A DNA stretch of 64,000 nt, from contig NC_068981.1 in assembly GCF_001194135.2 (NCBI RefSeq), forward strand, positions 177,250,122-177,314,121. Reading direction: 5' to 3'. Below, piece by piece: positions 12,173 through 24,870 of this stretch. Both the position numbers and the translations under genes were made by a program. Numbering within the stretch: position 1 is the stretch's first letter; each line of letters begins with the position of its first letter. The DNA comes from Octopus bimaculoides (lineage: Eukaryota). A model generated the notes under the pieces. It was not told the origin of the DNA and did not search any database. It saw only the letters and a program-made list of their open reading frames with translations.

Positions 12173-13680
12173 NNNNNNNNNNNNNNNNNNNNNNNNNNNN
12201 NNNNNNNNNNNNNNNNNNNNNNNNNNNNNNNNNNNNNNNNNNNNNNNNNNNNNNNNNNNNNNNNNNNNNNNNNNNNNNNNNNNNNNNNNNNNNNNNNNNN
12301 NNNNNNNNNNNNNNNNNNNNNNNNNNNNNNNNNNNNNNNNNNNNNNNNNNNNNNNNNNNNNNNNNNNNNNNNNNNNNNNNNNNNNNNNNNNNNNNNNNNN
12401 NNNNNNNNNNNNNNNNNNNNNNNNNNNNNNNNNNNNNNNNNNNNNNNNNNNNNNNNNNNNNNNNNNNNNNNNNNNNNNNNNNNNNNNNNNNNNNNNNNNN
12501 NNNNNNNNNNNNNNNNNNNNNNNNNNNNNNNNNNNNNNNNNNNNNNNNNNNNNNNNNNNNNNNNNNNNNNNNNNNNNNNNNNNNNNNNNNNNNNNNNNNN
12601 NNNNNNNNNNNNNNNNNNNNNNNNNNNNNNNNNNNNNNNNNNNNNNNNNNNNNNNNNNNNNNNNNNNNNNNNNNNNNNNNNNNNNNNNNNNNNNNNNNNN
12701 NNNNNNNNNNNNNNNNNNNNNNNNNNNNNNNNNNNNNNNNNNNNNNNNNNNNNNNNNNNNNNNNNNNNNNNNNNNNNNNNNNNNNNNNNNNNNNNNNNNN
12801 NNNNNNNNNNNNNNNNNNNNNNNNNGGCTTTGAGAGTTGCATTTCCTCGCATTCGGTAAAAAAGTGCTTTTTATAGTAGTCTGACCTTAGAGTCCCTCAT
12901 GGCGTGAGGCGTTATTGTATAGTAATGCCCTTATATAAATATATATATATATATATATTACACAAGCTAAATATAATACATTAGAAATACATTACATTAA
13001 GTGTTAAGCATGAGCTTTAATAAAGAGGAATGACAAATTAGTTCTAAACAAATATTTATTAACTGGCACAACATCTAAAACTGGCTGTTATAAATGTCTA
13101 GGCCAGTTTGTTTTGCTACTACAAAATAGTGGTTGACAAAACAGCTGGCTTCCTAATCTTGACCTGCTACTGGTCAAATTAGTTTGACAGTTTTATCACT
13201 GAAGAACTTCTTAGTAGGTCAGTAGGGTGATGTGCTGCTGCCTTTCTAACAACCCTTTCCTAACTCCTCCAACATACACCTACACACAATAAATATATTA
13301 TCTTCTGTTGTACCATAGAGTGGGTATTAATCTTGTGTATTTGTTATTGCTTAGTCTCAAGTAGATCTATAGTGAAAAGTACTCCAGCCCTGACCACCCC
13401 ATATTTTATGTACATCGGGAGCTACTTTGTACAAACTGTCCTTTCTTCTTTTAAGACAGCAGAATTTAAGGGAGATTTGGATTGTTTCTAGCAGGTCAAG
13501 AGACCAGATAGAGGCTCTCTCTTAATTTTATGTAAACGGCAATAGTAATAAATAGTTTAAAAATAGAAATTTTAAAGGATGATCTGATAAAAAGGCAAGA
13601 CAAAAAATATATACAAGTTTGCAAAGACACTTGGCTGCTCAACCTGCTAGAAATGGCAGCTAAACTTCACTTAAAACCTA

Positions 13681-14487
13681 GGATCTTTTTTAAAACGGGG
13701 GCCACATTTTTCATTAACGAAACACTTTGAAACTTGGAACACTGGTAGAATGTGTCATATAAAACATCTTTTTCTCTTAGTCTTCTTTAAAAAAAAAGAA
13801 ATCCATAAATTATTCCATGTTAAAGTTGTCGTATTTCTGTAATTTCAACCAATCACTGACGTCCATTCAGCCGATATACATTAAGTGCCGACTACATAAA
13901 CAAACGATTCTGAAACAATTAACCCTAACCCTAACCCTAACTCTAACCCTAACCCTANNNNNNNNNNNNNNNNNNNNNNNNNNNNNNNNNNNNNNNNNNN
14001 NNNNNNNNNNNNNNNNNNNNNNNNNNNNNNNNNNNNNNNNNNNNNNNNNNNNNNNNNNNNNNNNNNNNNNNNNNNNNNNNNNNNNNNNNNNNNNNNNNNN
14101 NNNNNNNNNNNNNNNNNNNNNNNNNNNNNNNNNNNNNNNNNNNNNNNNNNNNNNNNNNNNNNNNNNNNNNNNNNNNNNNNNNNNNNNNNNNNNNNNNNNN
14201 NNNNNNNNNNNNNNNNNNNNNNNNNNNNNNNNNNNNNNNNNNNNNNNNNNNNNNNNNNNNNNNNNNNNNNNNNNNNNNNNNNNNNNNNNNNNNNNNNNNN
14301 NNNNNNNNNNNNNNNNNNNNNNNNNNNNNNNNNNNNNNNNNNNNNNNGAAATAAATTTGAATACAAAAATATTTTTCTGTTCTATAATACAAAATAGATA
14401 AGTATACGAAGTTTGAAAGTCTTTCCGTACCAAAAACACTACGTAAAACATTAATGAAAAAAGTGGCCCCCGTTTTAAAAAAGATCC
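13681..14487. mobile_element. MITE with 37-bp TIRs and 8-bp TSD (Merlin-like), carrying an internal (AACCCT)n array
   Basis: TIR GGATCTTTTTTAAAACGGGGGCCAC(A/T)TTTTTCATTAA at 13681-13717 and 14451-14487 (1 mismatch). TSD AAAACCTA at 13673-13680 and 14488-14495. (AACCCT)n from 13921 runs into the N-gap. The superfamily is inferred from GG-starting TIRs plus an 8-bp TSD. Confidence 0.75.
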
Positions 14488-15575
14488 AAAACCTAACTTA
14501 AGTAAGGAAAAACACATTAGATAATGTAGTTGTGCATATTCCTAAAAAGATGTGTTTGATGTGTTTGTTGAATAAACCTAATGAAATTACTATCAATATC
14601 AGTCAAGAACTGGAATTGATTTAACCAATTATCTCCTCAATAGGATTTTAGGCCAATCATTATTTCTATGCATTACAGATATTATACAATGAAACAAGCT
14701 GTAAGATTCAGTGGAGTGGGGGGGGGGATCAACGAAGTAAGAATGTTTCTGGACAATCTGATCACAGATGACAGTTGTGTTGATATATGTACATGACTGA
14801 AAAATGAAAGAAAGAAAAATCCCTTCTATCTCATTAAGTAAATGAAACTATAAATAATTTCAAGAATGAAACAGACAACATATCAACATAACTGGAATTG
14901 AACCAAAGAGTTTTAGATCTTCAGTACAATGTTGTCTCAACTGAGCTAATTTCAGCTAGTCTCGTAATTTTATAATTACACTTTCTGTCATTAAAATGAT
15001 ATTCAGCGTTCAAGACATACACACTTCACGTCTGGCTGTACAGCCTTTTTGTTTGTTTATTTCACCGTTTCGTTTTCCTGTCTTGTTTTCCGTCCGCCAC
15101 TACCCTCCACAAAAAATTTAATTTGTGTTCATGGGAAGAACCATTTTAACGATGCGTACTGCCTTAATTCTTCGAAACACCGGAGTTTTAATGGTGGCAG
15201 CTGACGAAGGGGATGTTTCTCTGTGGCCTGCTTGTTTGTTGCACCTTGTTTACCATTTTGTCCTTGTTCTTTTGCCACGTCATGTACCCAGTTATGTATC
15301 TATATGTACATGTAGATGAACGTATATACATACATGTACATATATATGCATATACTCATANNNNNNNNNNNNNNNNNNNNNNNNNNNNNNNNNNNNNNNN
15401 NNNNNNNNNNNNNNNNNNNNNNNNNNNNNNNNNNNNNNNNNNNNNNNNNNNNNNNNNNNNNNNNNNNNNNNNNNNNNNNNNNNNNNNNNNNNNNNNNNNN
15501 NNNNNNNNNNNNNNNNNNNNNNNNNNNNNNNNNNNNNNNNNNNNNNNNNNNNNNNNNNNNNNNNNNNNNNNNNNN

Positions 15576-15732
15576 CGGACAGTTTTAACAAAACTGTCCG
15601 ATGAACGGGAACATGAAACTCTGAGTAACAGCTTCTTGTTATATTTCTGCTGCTTTTAATAAAGCATATTACTCTACCTCTGGTATTTGAGTACTCTTTT
15701 TCTACCTTGTTTCACATTTATGTGCTTACTCT

Positions 15733-15735
<3 letters not shown>
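15576..15735 (+). mobile_element. Penelope-like element terminal fragment
   Basis: GATGAACGGGAACATGAAAC..GAGTAACAGC motif followed by AATAAA and (TA)n resembles PLE pseudo-LTR ends. Confidence 0.4.
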
Positions 15736-15806
<71 letters not shown>

Positions 15807-16320
15807 CACACACATATCCAACAATGAGTTGAAAAAAACCTAATTTCAAAATATATTTTGTTTTAATATAATTTTACACCTGTCTTTTATATTTACATAA
15901 ATAAAGGAACACACATATCACAGGTGTGGAAAGCTTCTTAACACTAAACACTTTTACTACCAGACATGTCAGGCTTTGATAAACACACAATTCAGGTGTT
16001 ACTCAGCTGGCTGCAAATAGTAGCCAAAACTCTAAATAAAGGCTGATATACAGATGATGAGACAGTCTCAGATCAAAGGCCGTGCATCACAGATTTTTAA
16101 TTACAACTGATATAGGATTACACAACAGCACTCAAGTTTATTATAATCCCTCTCACTCTCTCTCTCTATCTATCTATGCACGCACACACACGCACACACA
16201 CACATACACATACACACACTGTTTCTATGAGTCCTGCAATCTAGGAAAAGTGATTGTGAAAGAAAATGAAAAGTAATTTCTGAAATGACTGTAAAATCCA
16301 AGCTTTATCTGCAGATATTA

Positions 16321-16690
16321 TGCAAGGTCTGATAAAAAGAGCATCAGGACTGTTGTTATGGTAACAGAGTGAAGCCACGTGGCACAGGTTGACCTTGAAC
16401 TCTGTCACGCATGCACACTAAGTTATAACATTCTCAATCACTTCTGTTGTTTATAACAAAGCTCAGAAATAAAGTGTGTAGAGTGTGGTTGTTTCAAAAA
16501 GACGGTCAGACTTCAGTTGCCGATTCAGAAGGAATTGTACTGAATCTTTCATGTTCTCTCAAGAAGTAAAAATCTGTGTTGAGGAAGATGAAAACTTTTT
16601 GAAAATAGTCATAACAGATGAAGAATCGTGGGTCTATGGGCTATGACCCAGAAACCAAGGCCCAGTCTTCACAGTGGAAGACCCTAACAA
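16321..16690 (+). mobile_element. Internally deleted mariner (same family as the 39063 copy)
   Basis: 5' end homologous to 39065-39230, followed by VITDEESWVYG/YDPETKAQSSQWK. Confidence 0.75.
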
Positions 16691-17096
16691 GATTTCAAGA
16701 TGTCAAGGAAATTCAAGAGAAATTTATTTGCCAATATTCCTGACCTGTACAGATTGCAAGCTCTCATGAACAGTGAATTGCATGAAATATTTAAATTTAT
16801 TACAGAATGTGACAATTATGAAGATAAGATAAATTGCTTAAAGTCTGTCTACATAAAACCAGTGAACAAGATTTTTGTGAGCCACTAACTCATAACTCAA
16901 CCAAATCCCTGGATTAATTTTTTTTTAAACCAGGAGTTCCTGGTAGAGGAATGCAACTTCAAGTTAGTGTTGGCTGAGCTGTTTGCAAAAAATTCAACAA
17001 CAGTTGCTTTTGTTTTATAAATAATATCAAGCAGTATAAGCCTCAGAATACTTGAAAGCTCAACATATCACAAGCAGAATATTAGATATTAGCTCA

Positions 17097-17202
17097 TCAA
17101 GTAAGAAGCTATTTTAGCAGTTGCTTTGCAGAAGTGTTTTTTTAATTTTTTTTTATTTAAAACACTTCTTCAAAGTAACTGCTGAAATAACTTCTTACTT
17201 GA
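17097..17202. repeat. Inverted repeat/hairpin with 44-bp arms and ~18-nt loop
   Basis: TCAAGTAAGAAGCTATTTTAGCAGTTGCTTTGCAGAAGTGTTTT versus the reverse complement of 17159-17202: 4 mismatches. Confidence 0.9.
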
Positions 17203-17387
17203 GTTAAATTATTGTTTAAATCTAAATTTACTTATTTATCTGCAGACAGTATAGGCATAATTGCAGAAAATGTCCAGCAAAAGATGCTATATGTAACAAT
17301 TGTGTAAAAAAGGGATTTTCCTTGAGTAGACAAATCATGTAAAGGATTCACAAGGAATCATTGTAAAATGTTAACTGTCTCCAACAT

Positions 17388-17604
17388 ATTCTTTTCTACT
17401 CTAGGCACAAGGCCGGAAATTTTGGGGGAGGGGGCCAGTCGATAAGATCGCCCCCAGTATGCAAATGGTACTTAGTTTATCGACCCCGAAAGGATGAAAG
17501 GCAAAGTTGACCTCAGCAGAATTTGAACTCAGAATGTAAAGACAGACGAAATACCGCTAAGCATTTCGCCTGGCATGCTAACGTTTCTGCCAGCTCGCTG
17601 CCTT
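17388..17604 (-). mobile_element. SINE family A, short-tail variant
   Basis: Reverse-complement match to family A. Confidence 0.88.
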
Positions 17605-18439
17605 CTGCTTCTAATATATTAACTTCTTCAACTTTAAAACTAACCCTAAGCTTTTCAGATTTATTGGAACGTTCTTTGTCTTTTGCACTAGCTAATACTG
17701 TAATTAACTTATCAATCAATGTAAGCTTTAGTTGACTGTGGAAGTACTAATGACTTCATCAAAACTGATATTGTTATGCAGAATGATTTAGTCATTAAAT
17801 CATTCAGAAGCTTCCTTGTGGTGATATCAATGCAGTTTGATACCAGAGTTACAAGAATATGTGATGTAAAATTCAATATGCTGAAAAGTCATACAAACAA
17901 CAATGGGTGTTAATTATACACAAGTAAGATCTGCTTAGATATAATACTGGTGTAGAGTCTCATGTTTCAACATTCTTCATTGACATTTAAGTTTAATGGT
18001 CCTAAAGTCTCATTTGTATGGTCAAATTTTGTTTGCCTAAAAATTTTACCTTATTACAGCCTTCACTAATTTAACTCCATACACAAAAGTTATTGTGACA
18101 CCCTCCTGAAGGCATTTTGTGGATGATTGCAAATTCATAACACAAGAAGTAAACTACCTAATCAAAGCTTTCTTTGATTAAACTGATTAACTCATTGTGG
18201 AGAGTACTAGTTACAAGTTAGAGAAATGATGCCTGATCATTGAATTGTTTACAACAATCAACATAGTCTTCCTGATGAAATTCTTGACAAATTAATACAT
18301 ACTTTATTGCAGAATTTATTTTTTTAGTAAGATTCTATTATTATCTACCAATGGCATTTAAAGAGAATTCTTATACTGTTTTTTAAACCTTGGGTCAACT
18401 GTATCTGTATACAGGACTTCCACTTAGCCTTATGAAAGC

Positions 18440-19680
18440 AATGGCATAGTGATATATAACATCAAGGACAACTGGAAGTTCTTATGGGATAACTTAATGA
18501 GAGCCACTGTCCAAATTTGTGGTTGGTGCAAAGTCCCCTAAAATGACATGGTGGTAGAACAGTGTAGTAGACAGGGCCATTAGAGCAAAGAAACATTCAT
18601 GGAATGATTGGAAGAGTGGTGGTAGCAGAAAGCTCTATCAAATAGAAGGGAAACAAGGAGACAAGTATATTTAGCTAGAGGAGAAGCAGAAAAGAACCCA
18701 ATGCAAGCCATGAACACATAAGAAGTGCAGCAGTGTCATATGAAGGTTAACAGAGAAAGCAGTCTTTTTGTGTGGCAGATGTTCAGGTGCAATAAACACT
18801 AAGAACGTACAGAAAATAGACTTCATCAAATGCCCCCTGGTATTTGAGGAAGTCTATTTAGAAGTAGAAGACAGGCTCTGGTACATAGGCAACCAAGATA
18901 GTAGTGGAGGAGGATTCTCTGAGAGCATGGCTGCTAGAATAAGAACAGGTTGGGCAAAACTCAGAAAGCTGCTACCTTTGTTGGTAACAAAGGGCCTCTC
19001 CCTCAGAGTGAAAGGTAGACTGTATGATACCTGTGTACAAACAGCCATGCTAAAAGTTAGTAAAACATGGGCTGTAACTGTAGAGAACATGCGAAGGTTT
19101 GAAAGAAATGAAGTCAACATGCTCCAGTGGATGTGCAATGTACAATAGTGTAAGTATTTTAAAAGAGAAATTGGGTGTATGAAGTATCAGATGTAGTGTG
19201 CAAGAGAGAAGACTGTGCTGGTATGGTCATGTGATGCATATGGGTGAGGACAGCTGCATAAAGAAGTGCTAATCTCTAATTGTGGAGGAGACCTGTGGAA
19301 AGGATAGACCCAAGATGTGGGACAAAATAGTGAGAGATGATGTTCAGAAGATGTGCCTCACATCTAAGGTGGCGAGCTGGCAGAATTGTTAGCACGCCGG
19401 GCGAAATGCTTAACGGTATTTCGTCTGTCGTTATGTTCTGAGTTCAAATTCCGTCGAGGTCAACTTTGCCTTTCATCCTATCGGAGTCGATAAATTAAGT
19501 ACCAGTTATGCACTGGGGTTGATGTAATCGACTTAATCCTTTTGTCTGTCCTTGTTTGTCCCCTCTATGTTTAGCCTCTTGTGGGCAATAAATAAATAAG
19601 AAGATGTGCCTCACAAAATGACTAAGACTTCTGGCAATTTGCTGTGCTTGAGAAGACACATAAAACTAAGTGAAATCAAG
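18440..19680 (+). mobile_element. Degenerate RTE LINE with the RT core deleted, interrupted by a SINE
   Basis: EN-RT linker (VDRAIRAKKHSWNDWKSGGSR..RQVYLARGEAE) joined at ~18715 directly to the post-RT region (CGRCSGAIN...ARIRTGWAKLRKLLPLLVTKGLSLRVKGRLYD.CV). Confidence 0.85.
19363..19598 (+). mobile_element. SINE family A long-tail variant nested in RTE
   Basis: Perfect 17-bp TSD AGAAGATGTGCCTCACA at 19346-19362 and 19599-19615. Confidence 0.92.
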
Positions 19681-20272
19681 GGTGTCCACACATACAGGCA
19701 CTGTTACTGCTTTTGAAAATATTAAAATCAATAAGAGAAAGCTCGCCTCTTTGCTACAGATAACTCAATCCTATTTACAGCCGGGACCATTGTATTAACC
19801 AATGCTCCAGCTGTTACATTATTACTGCTTTAAAAAAGCATACTTTCCAGAGGGGAATTGCTGAGAACAAAAAAAAAAACTCCTGCAATTTTTTAGTGTT
19901 TACGCAAGTGGCAACACTAACTCCCAGCAAGACTTTGCCCTCCAATTTATATTTGATAAATCTCATAACTGTAAAAACAAAGAGTGAACTTTTTCCATAT
20001 AGTTTTGATATTTTCTATAGATGTATGAAAGAAAATGTGCACACTGAAATCTTGAATTTGTTTTGCTCAATCAAATTACAGATTTCTTCAATGTATCAGG
20101 TGTGAAAAGATTGATGCATTACATAAAGGGGGAAAATCTCCACTTCCACTAAAAATTCTCATAAAATTTGTTATGCCCACCAAATATGCCCCAAATCAAA
20201 ATTAAAATTTTACTATCAACACCAATGGAACATATCTCAATAGATTTTGTGGGACCTAAACATGCAGTGGTG

Positions 20273-20510
20273 GAGGCATATGGCTTAGTGGTTAAGGTGT
20301 TGGTCTCATGATTGTAGAATTGTGGTTTCAATTCCTGGGCCAGGTTCTTGGTTCTTAAGCAAAACACTGCATTTCATGTTGTTCCAGTTCACTCAGCTGG
20401 CAAAAATGAGTAATCCTGCAACGGACCAGCATCCCATCCATGTGGGGAATTTATATGCCACGGAAATCAGGAAACTGGTCCTTATGAGTTGGCATGACTT
20501 GAGAATGTAA
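20273..20510 (+). mobile_element. SINE family B variant
   Basis: TGGCTTAGTGGTTAAGG head; CACTCAGCTGGCAAAAATGAGTA core shared with 38420-38660. Confidence 0.75.
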
Positions 20511-20849
20511 CCTAAACTAGCAACTTCACCATTTTGCTTTTCTGGTATTTTGCCAGTTTAAACGGATTCAAACATATAGGTACTGATACTTGTACTGCAT
20601 AAGCATTTCTCATTATAAAATTTTATGTGCTGTTACATTTTGCAGCCATTTTCTTAAACTCAAGCTTCCTGGAACCACAAACAGATGATAAACCTTTTCA
20701 CTGGGGTGACCAAGGTTCCACACATATCTGCAATGAAAAGTACTACCAGTTCTATATTTTCCTCACATGTGAGGGCACAGAAAGTGTACTATTGGTGGGA
20801 ACAGGTATAACCCTTTGATCACCCAAGGAGCCACATCCTTTGGCGAAGT

Positions 20850-20927
20850 GTGGTCAGTGTCCAAGATGTGCAGTTGTGGTCAGTGTCCAAGATGTGCAGT
20901 TGTGGTCAGTGTCCAAGATATGCAGTC
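20850..20927. repeat. Tandem repeat, 26-bp unit x3
   Basis: GTGGTCAGTGTCCAAGATGTGCAGTT at 20850, 20876 and 20902, with no spacers. Confidence 0.9.
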
Positions 20928-21041
20928 TTGGTCTCAGAATACTGCCGTATGTTTTCGGCACAAGAGCACATGAAAGTATAGCATTAAGTCCATAATTTTA
21001 ACACAAAAGGTGGTCATACTTGATAGCGAGTTAACAGTTAC

Positions 21042-21191
21042 ATCATCATCGTTTAACGTCCGCTTTCCATGCTGGCATGGGTCGGACGGTTTGACTGGGG
21101 ACTGGTGAGCTAGATGGCTGCACCAGGCTCCAATCTGATCTGGCAGAGTTTCTACAGCTGGATGCCCTTCCTAATGCCAACCACTCTGAGA

Positions 21192-21192
<1 letters not shown>
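21042..21192 (-). mobile_element. RTE LINE extreme 3' end
   Basis: CATCATCATCGTTTAACGTCCGCTTTCCATGCTGGCATGGG... is the reverse complement of the RTE tail. Confidence 0.85.
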
Positions 21193-21266
<74 letters not shown>

Positions 21267-22069
21267 TACATCACTGTATCAACCAGATTGTCAGATGGCA
21301 TTATACACCACTGGTCACAATGCACTGCACCATATTGTTGTATCTTTCAAATGAAACCACCCTGCTGACTAGGTGGGCAGGCCAACATTCCCTCTGAACA
21401 GAATGCTAGTCTGTCACAGAGCTGCCATTTACATAGGAGTGGACAAAAACAATGTGAAATGAAGTGTTTTGGTCAAGAGCACATATACAGTAATGGTCTG
21501 AGAATTGAAACGATCTTGTGATCTTCAGTGCAATGCCCTAACCACAAGGCCATGTACCTTCACACACACACGTGTGCGCGCATGCATGATGTGTGTATTT
21601 CAAGTGCATGCTGAATTGACTTTTAATCCTTATGCATATGCCATCAATACAATTTGAAAGAAAAATATGGTGTTTCTTCTAAAACAACAATTGTATCAAG
21701 CATCTTTTTCTGACCACACGACACTGTCCATTATACTAAAAAGACAAAACCATCCTTGAGTTGAAATTATTTATATATGAGTGTGAGGGTACGTGTACAT
21801 GTGTGTGTTCTGCATAATGTATTGAGCATTCTGTTGGCATGTTTTTTCATGTAACAACTCATATGTGAGTATGCGTATGCTTGTGTGTTTATATGGTAAA
21901 CATAAATATATCTATGCATATTCAAGTGAGTTGTATGGATGTTCACACACATGCACACATATATAAACAAACTTTGGAAGTGCTGAATGTGTTGGTATTT
22001 TACAGACTGCATTCAAAATTTACTTTCTTTTCTTTTATATCTATATATATATATATATATTTGCCATGA

Positions 22070-22250
22070 TAGATCATTGACCACTACACATGTTTTTTCT
22101 CTCCTTATTTCTTTCTGTGTTCCTTTCTGTGGAAAAGCGTAGCTCGAAACATTAAAGACATTCTCTATTCCCGAGCGTTATACTAATACATCCATTTGTT
22201 GTTTACACCACCTGTCTTCGTCTGTTGTTTTTTCATGAATTCTCATATAT
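22070..22250 (+). mobile_element. Penelope-like terminal fragment
   Basis: CTGTGGAAAAGCGTAGCTCGAAAC.TTAAAGAC motif ending in (TA)n. Confidence 0.4.
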
Positions 22251-22263
22251 ATANNNNNNNNNN

Positions 22264-22298
<35 letters not shown>

Positions 22299-22669
22299 TT
22301 AATGGTATTTAACCTAGGTTGTACAAGAACTTTGACGTTTCTTGTAATTTTAATTCATTTATATTTCAGTACAAGAGTATAGCAATTGTTGATGACAATT
22401 TGGCCACAATTAGTTGTAACAAATTAATGATAGATGTATACTTGAAAGAAACAAAAAAAAGATATACCTGATATCGATGAACAAGCCAACCAGACAGAAA
22501 AAGACAAAGGCACGGATTCACACATGTGAAACACCTGCAAAAATAAATGATAGAAATTTGTGACCCAAACACTCATATACATATGTAAAATACAAATACA
22601 CATGCACACATACAGATATAGTTCTGTATGTATATGTATGTGTGTAGTATATATGTATGTATGCCTGCA

Positions 22670-22707
<38 letters not shown>

Positions 22708-23439
22708 AATAAAATGAAACAACAAAACCAAGGCTGTGTGGAATTTATAGGACATTTATAAAGAGAAAGGTAGTTTTACAGCTGTTTCTGGGATATTAGG
22801 GATATCCCTTCATTAGAGACGATATGAGAGAGTTAACTAGAGGGAGAGAAATAGTTGAGTTCAGTATAAGGAGTTATTTTGGAAAAGGATGGATATAGGA
22901 AGTATAAAGGGAGATAAGAGAATAAAAATAAAAATAAAACTGAAAATATATGTAGGATGTTACAGCTGCAGTTCCATTATCCAAAGAAAGAGCTGTGTAT
23001 AATGGGTGGAAATGTTTCTTGTCCATGGTACGTAGATTCCGATTGGAATCTACATATCATATATGTATATATAGACACCACACACAAACCCATACATATT
23101 ATGGCTATAATATATGGCACAGTGAGCTGATTTAGATGTATTTACACCATTTGTCTACAGCAAGAAATTTTCTCCATGACAAAATACAGTGAATGGCTTG
23201 CTTTGCTATTGGTGTGTTCGAACTGGTAAAAGCATAGCATAACATTGTATATTGTCTCAAGTTGCAAATATATTGCAATGGGATCAAAAAGATTTTGGCA
23301 AATTAACTCAAAAGGAATACATAAATTGGTTAGTATTGTAGTGCATATGAAGTCAAACAGTTGTGCAATGATCTCAGGCTTCCTGTAAATCCTTATATGT
23401 ATCAATGATATAACTGCTACATATTATGTAGTGTATCTG

Positions 23440-23978
23440 TTGAGGCAACTGAAATCAAAATCGAACCAAATTCGATGACTGACACCCATGCCAACCTCTC
23501 CTTCATTGGACACTAAACTCGGCTTGCGAAGACCTGTTGGGGCACTGTACCAGTGGTGTGCTAAGAGCACCATCCGAGCATGATCATTGCCAGAGCAGCT
23601 GTCTGGCTTCTGTGCCAGTGGCATGTAAATGACATCATTTGAGCGTGATCGTTACCAGCATTGCCTTACTGGCACTTGAAAAAAACATTTGAGCGAGATT
23701 GTTGCCAGTGCCACTGGACTGGCTCCTGTGCAGGTGGCACGTAAAATACACCATTTTGAGCATGGCTGTTGCCAGAACCGCCTGACTGGCCTTCGTGCCG
23801 GTGGCACATAAAAGCACCCGCTACACTCTCGGAGTGGTTAGCGTTAGGAAGGGCATCCAGCTGTAGAGATTCTGCCAAATCAGATTGGAGCCTGATGTAG
23901 CCATCTGGTTCACCAGTCCTCAGTCAAATCATCCAACCCATGCTAGCATGGAAGGCGAACGTTAAACGATGATGATCA
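23440..23978 (+). mobile_element. RTE LINE 3' UTR fragment
   Basis: Homologous to 5950-6730; ends GTTAAACGATGATGAT. Confidence 0.82.
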
Positions 23979-24373
23979 TTTACTAAATAAATAAGAATTG
24001 GCAACTCAAAACATCACTACACACATTTCAATGGTGTGGTTATTAATGCACAGTACATTACATATTACATAACTACACCATTTCATTAAGTGATGTTCAG
24101 CAAAATACAACCAATCTATGAAGTTCAAGAATATTTATAAACAAATTATAGGACAAGCAAGACTTCAAAGAAATACAGTTTTCCCAAAAGACGGAAGAAC
24201 TATTAAATAGTTCCTCCCCTGTTTGGAAAATCTGTATTTCTTAGAAATCTTGCATGTGGTTATGTAATATTGTGGAATTACATAACATTATGTAATGTAC
24301 TGTGCATTTTAAAATAAAGAACCATGCTATTAAAATGCATATTGTTATCTTTTGAGATGTCTATTCTTATTCA

Positions 24374-24430
<57 letters not shown>

Positions 24431-24483
24431 TACACAACTGTATGTGTATGTGCATACACACACACACACAAATTTCTTACCAC

Positions 24484-24870
24484 ACAGGCATAGTTGTGTG
24501 GTAAAAATTTTGCTTCCCAGATACATGGTTCCAGGTTCAGTCCCACTGCATAACACCTTGGGAAAGTGTCTTCTACTATAGTCTCAGGCCGACCAAAGCC
24601 TTGTGAGTGGATTTGAGAGATGGAAACTGAAAGAAGCCTGTCATGTGTGTGTGTGTATGTCTGTGTAAGTGTTTGTTCCCCAACACACTTGACAACTGCT
24701 GTTCGTGTGTTTATGGCCATGTAACTTAGCAGTTTGGCAAAAATGACCAATAGAATAAGTAGCAGGCTTTACAAAAGAAATAAGTACTGGGGGTTGATTT
24801 GTCAACTAAAATTCTTCAAGGTGTTGCATCAGTATGGCTAGTCTAATGACTGAAACAAGTAAAAGGTAAA
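24484..24870 (+). mobile_element. SINE family C, near full length
   Basis: Homologous to the 11941 copy; 3' part ends GACTGAAACAAGTAAAAG. Confidence 0.85.

Noticed and set aside
13921-13957. True telomere
   Set aside because: Internal to a TIR/TSD-bounded element with ordinary DNA on both sides
11817-15659. Long ORFs in the track containing X runs (also near 34.1-34.6, 42.4-42.6, 55.0-55.4 and 59.9-60.2 kb)
   Set aside because: They are open only because of N-gaps
20850-20927. 26-bp repeats as a CRISPR-like array
   Set aside because: Head-to-tail with no spacers, in eukaryotic context
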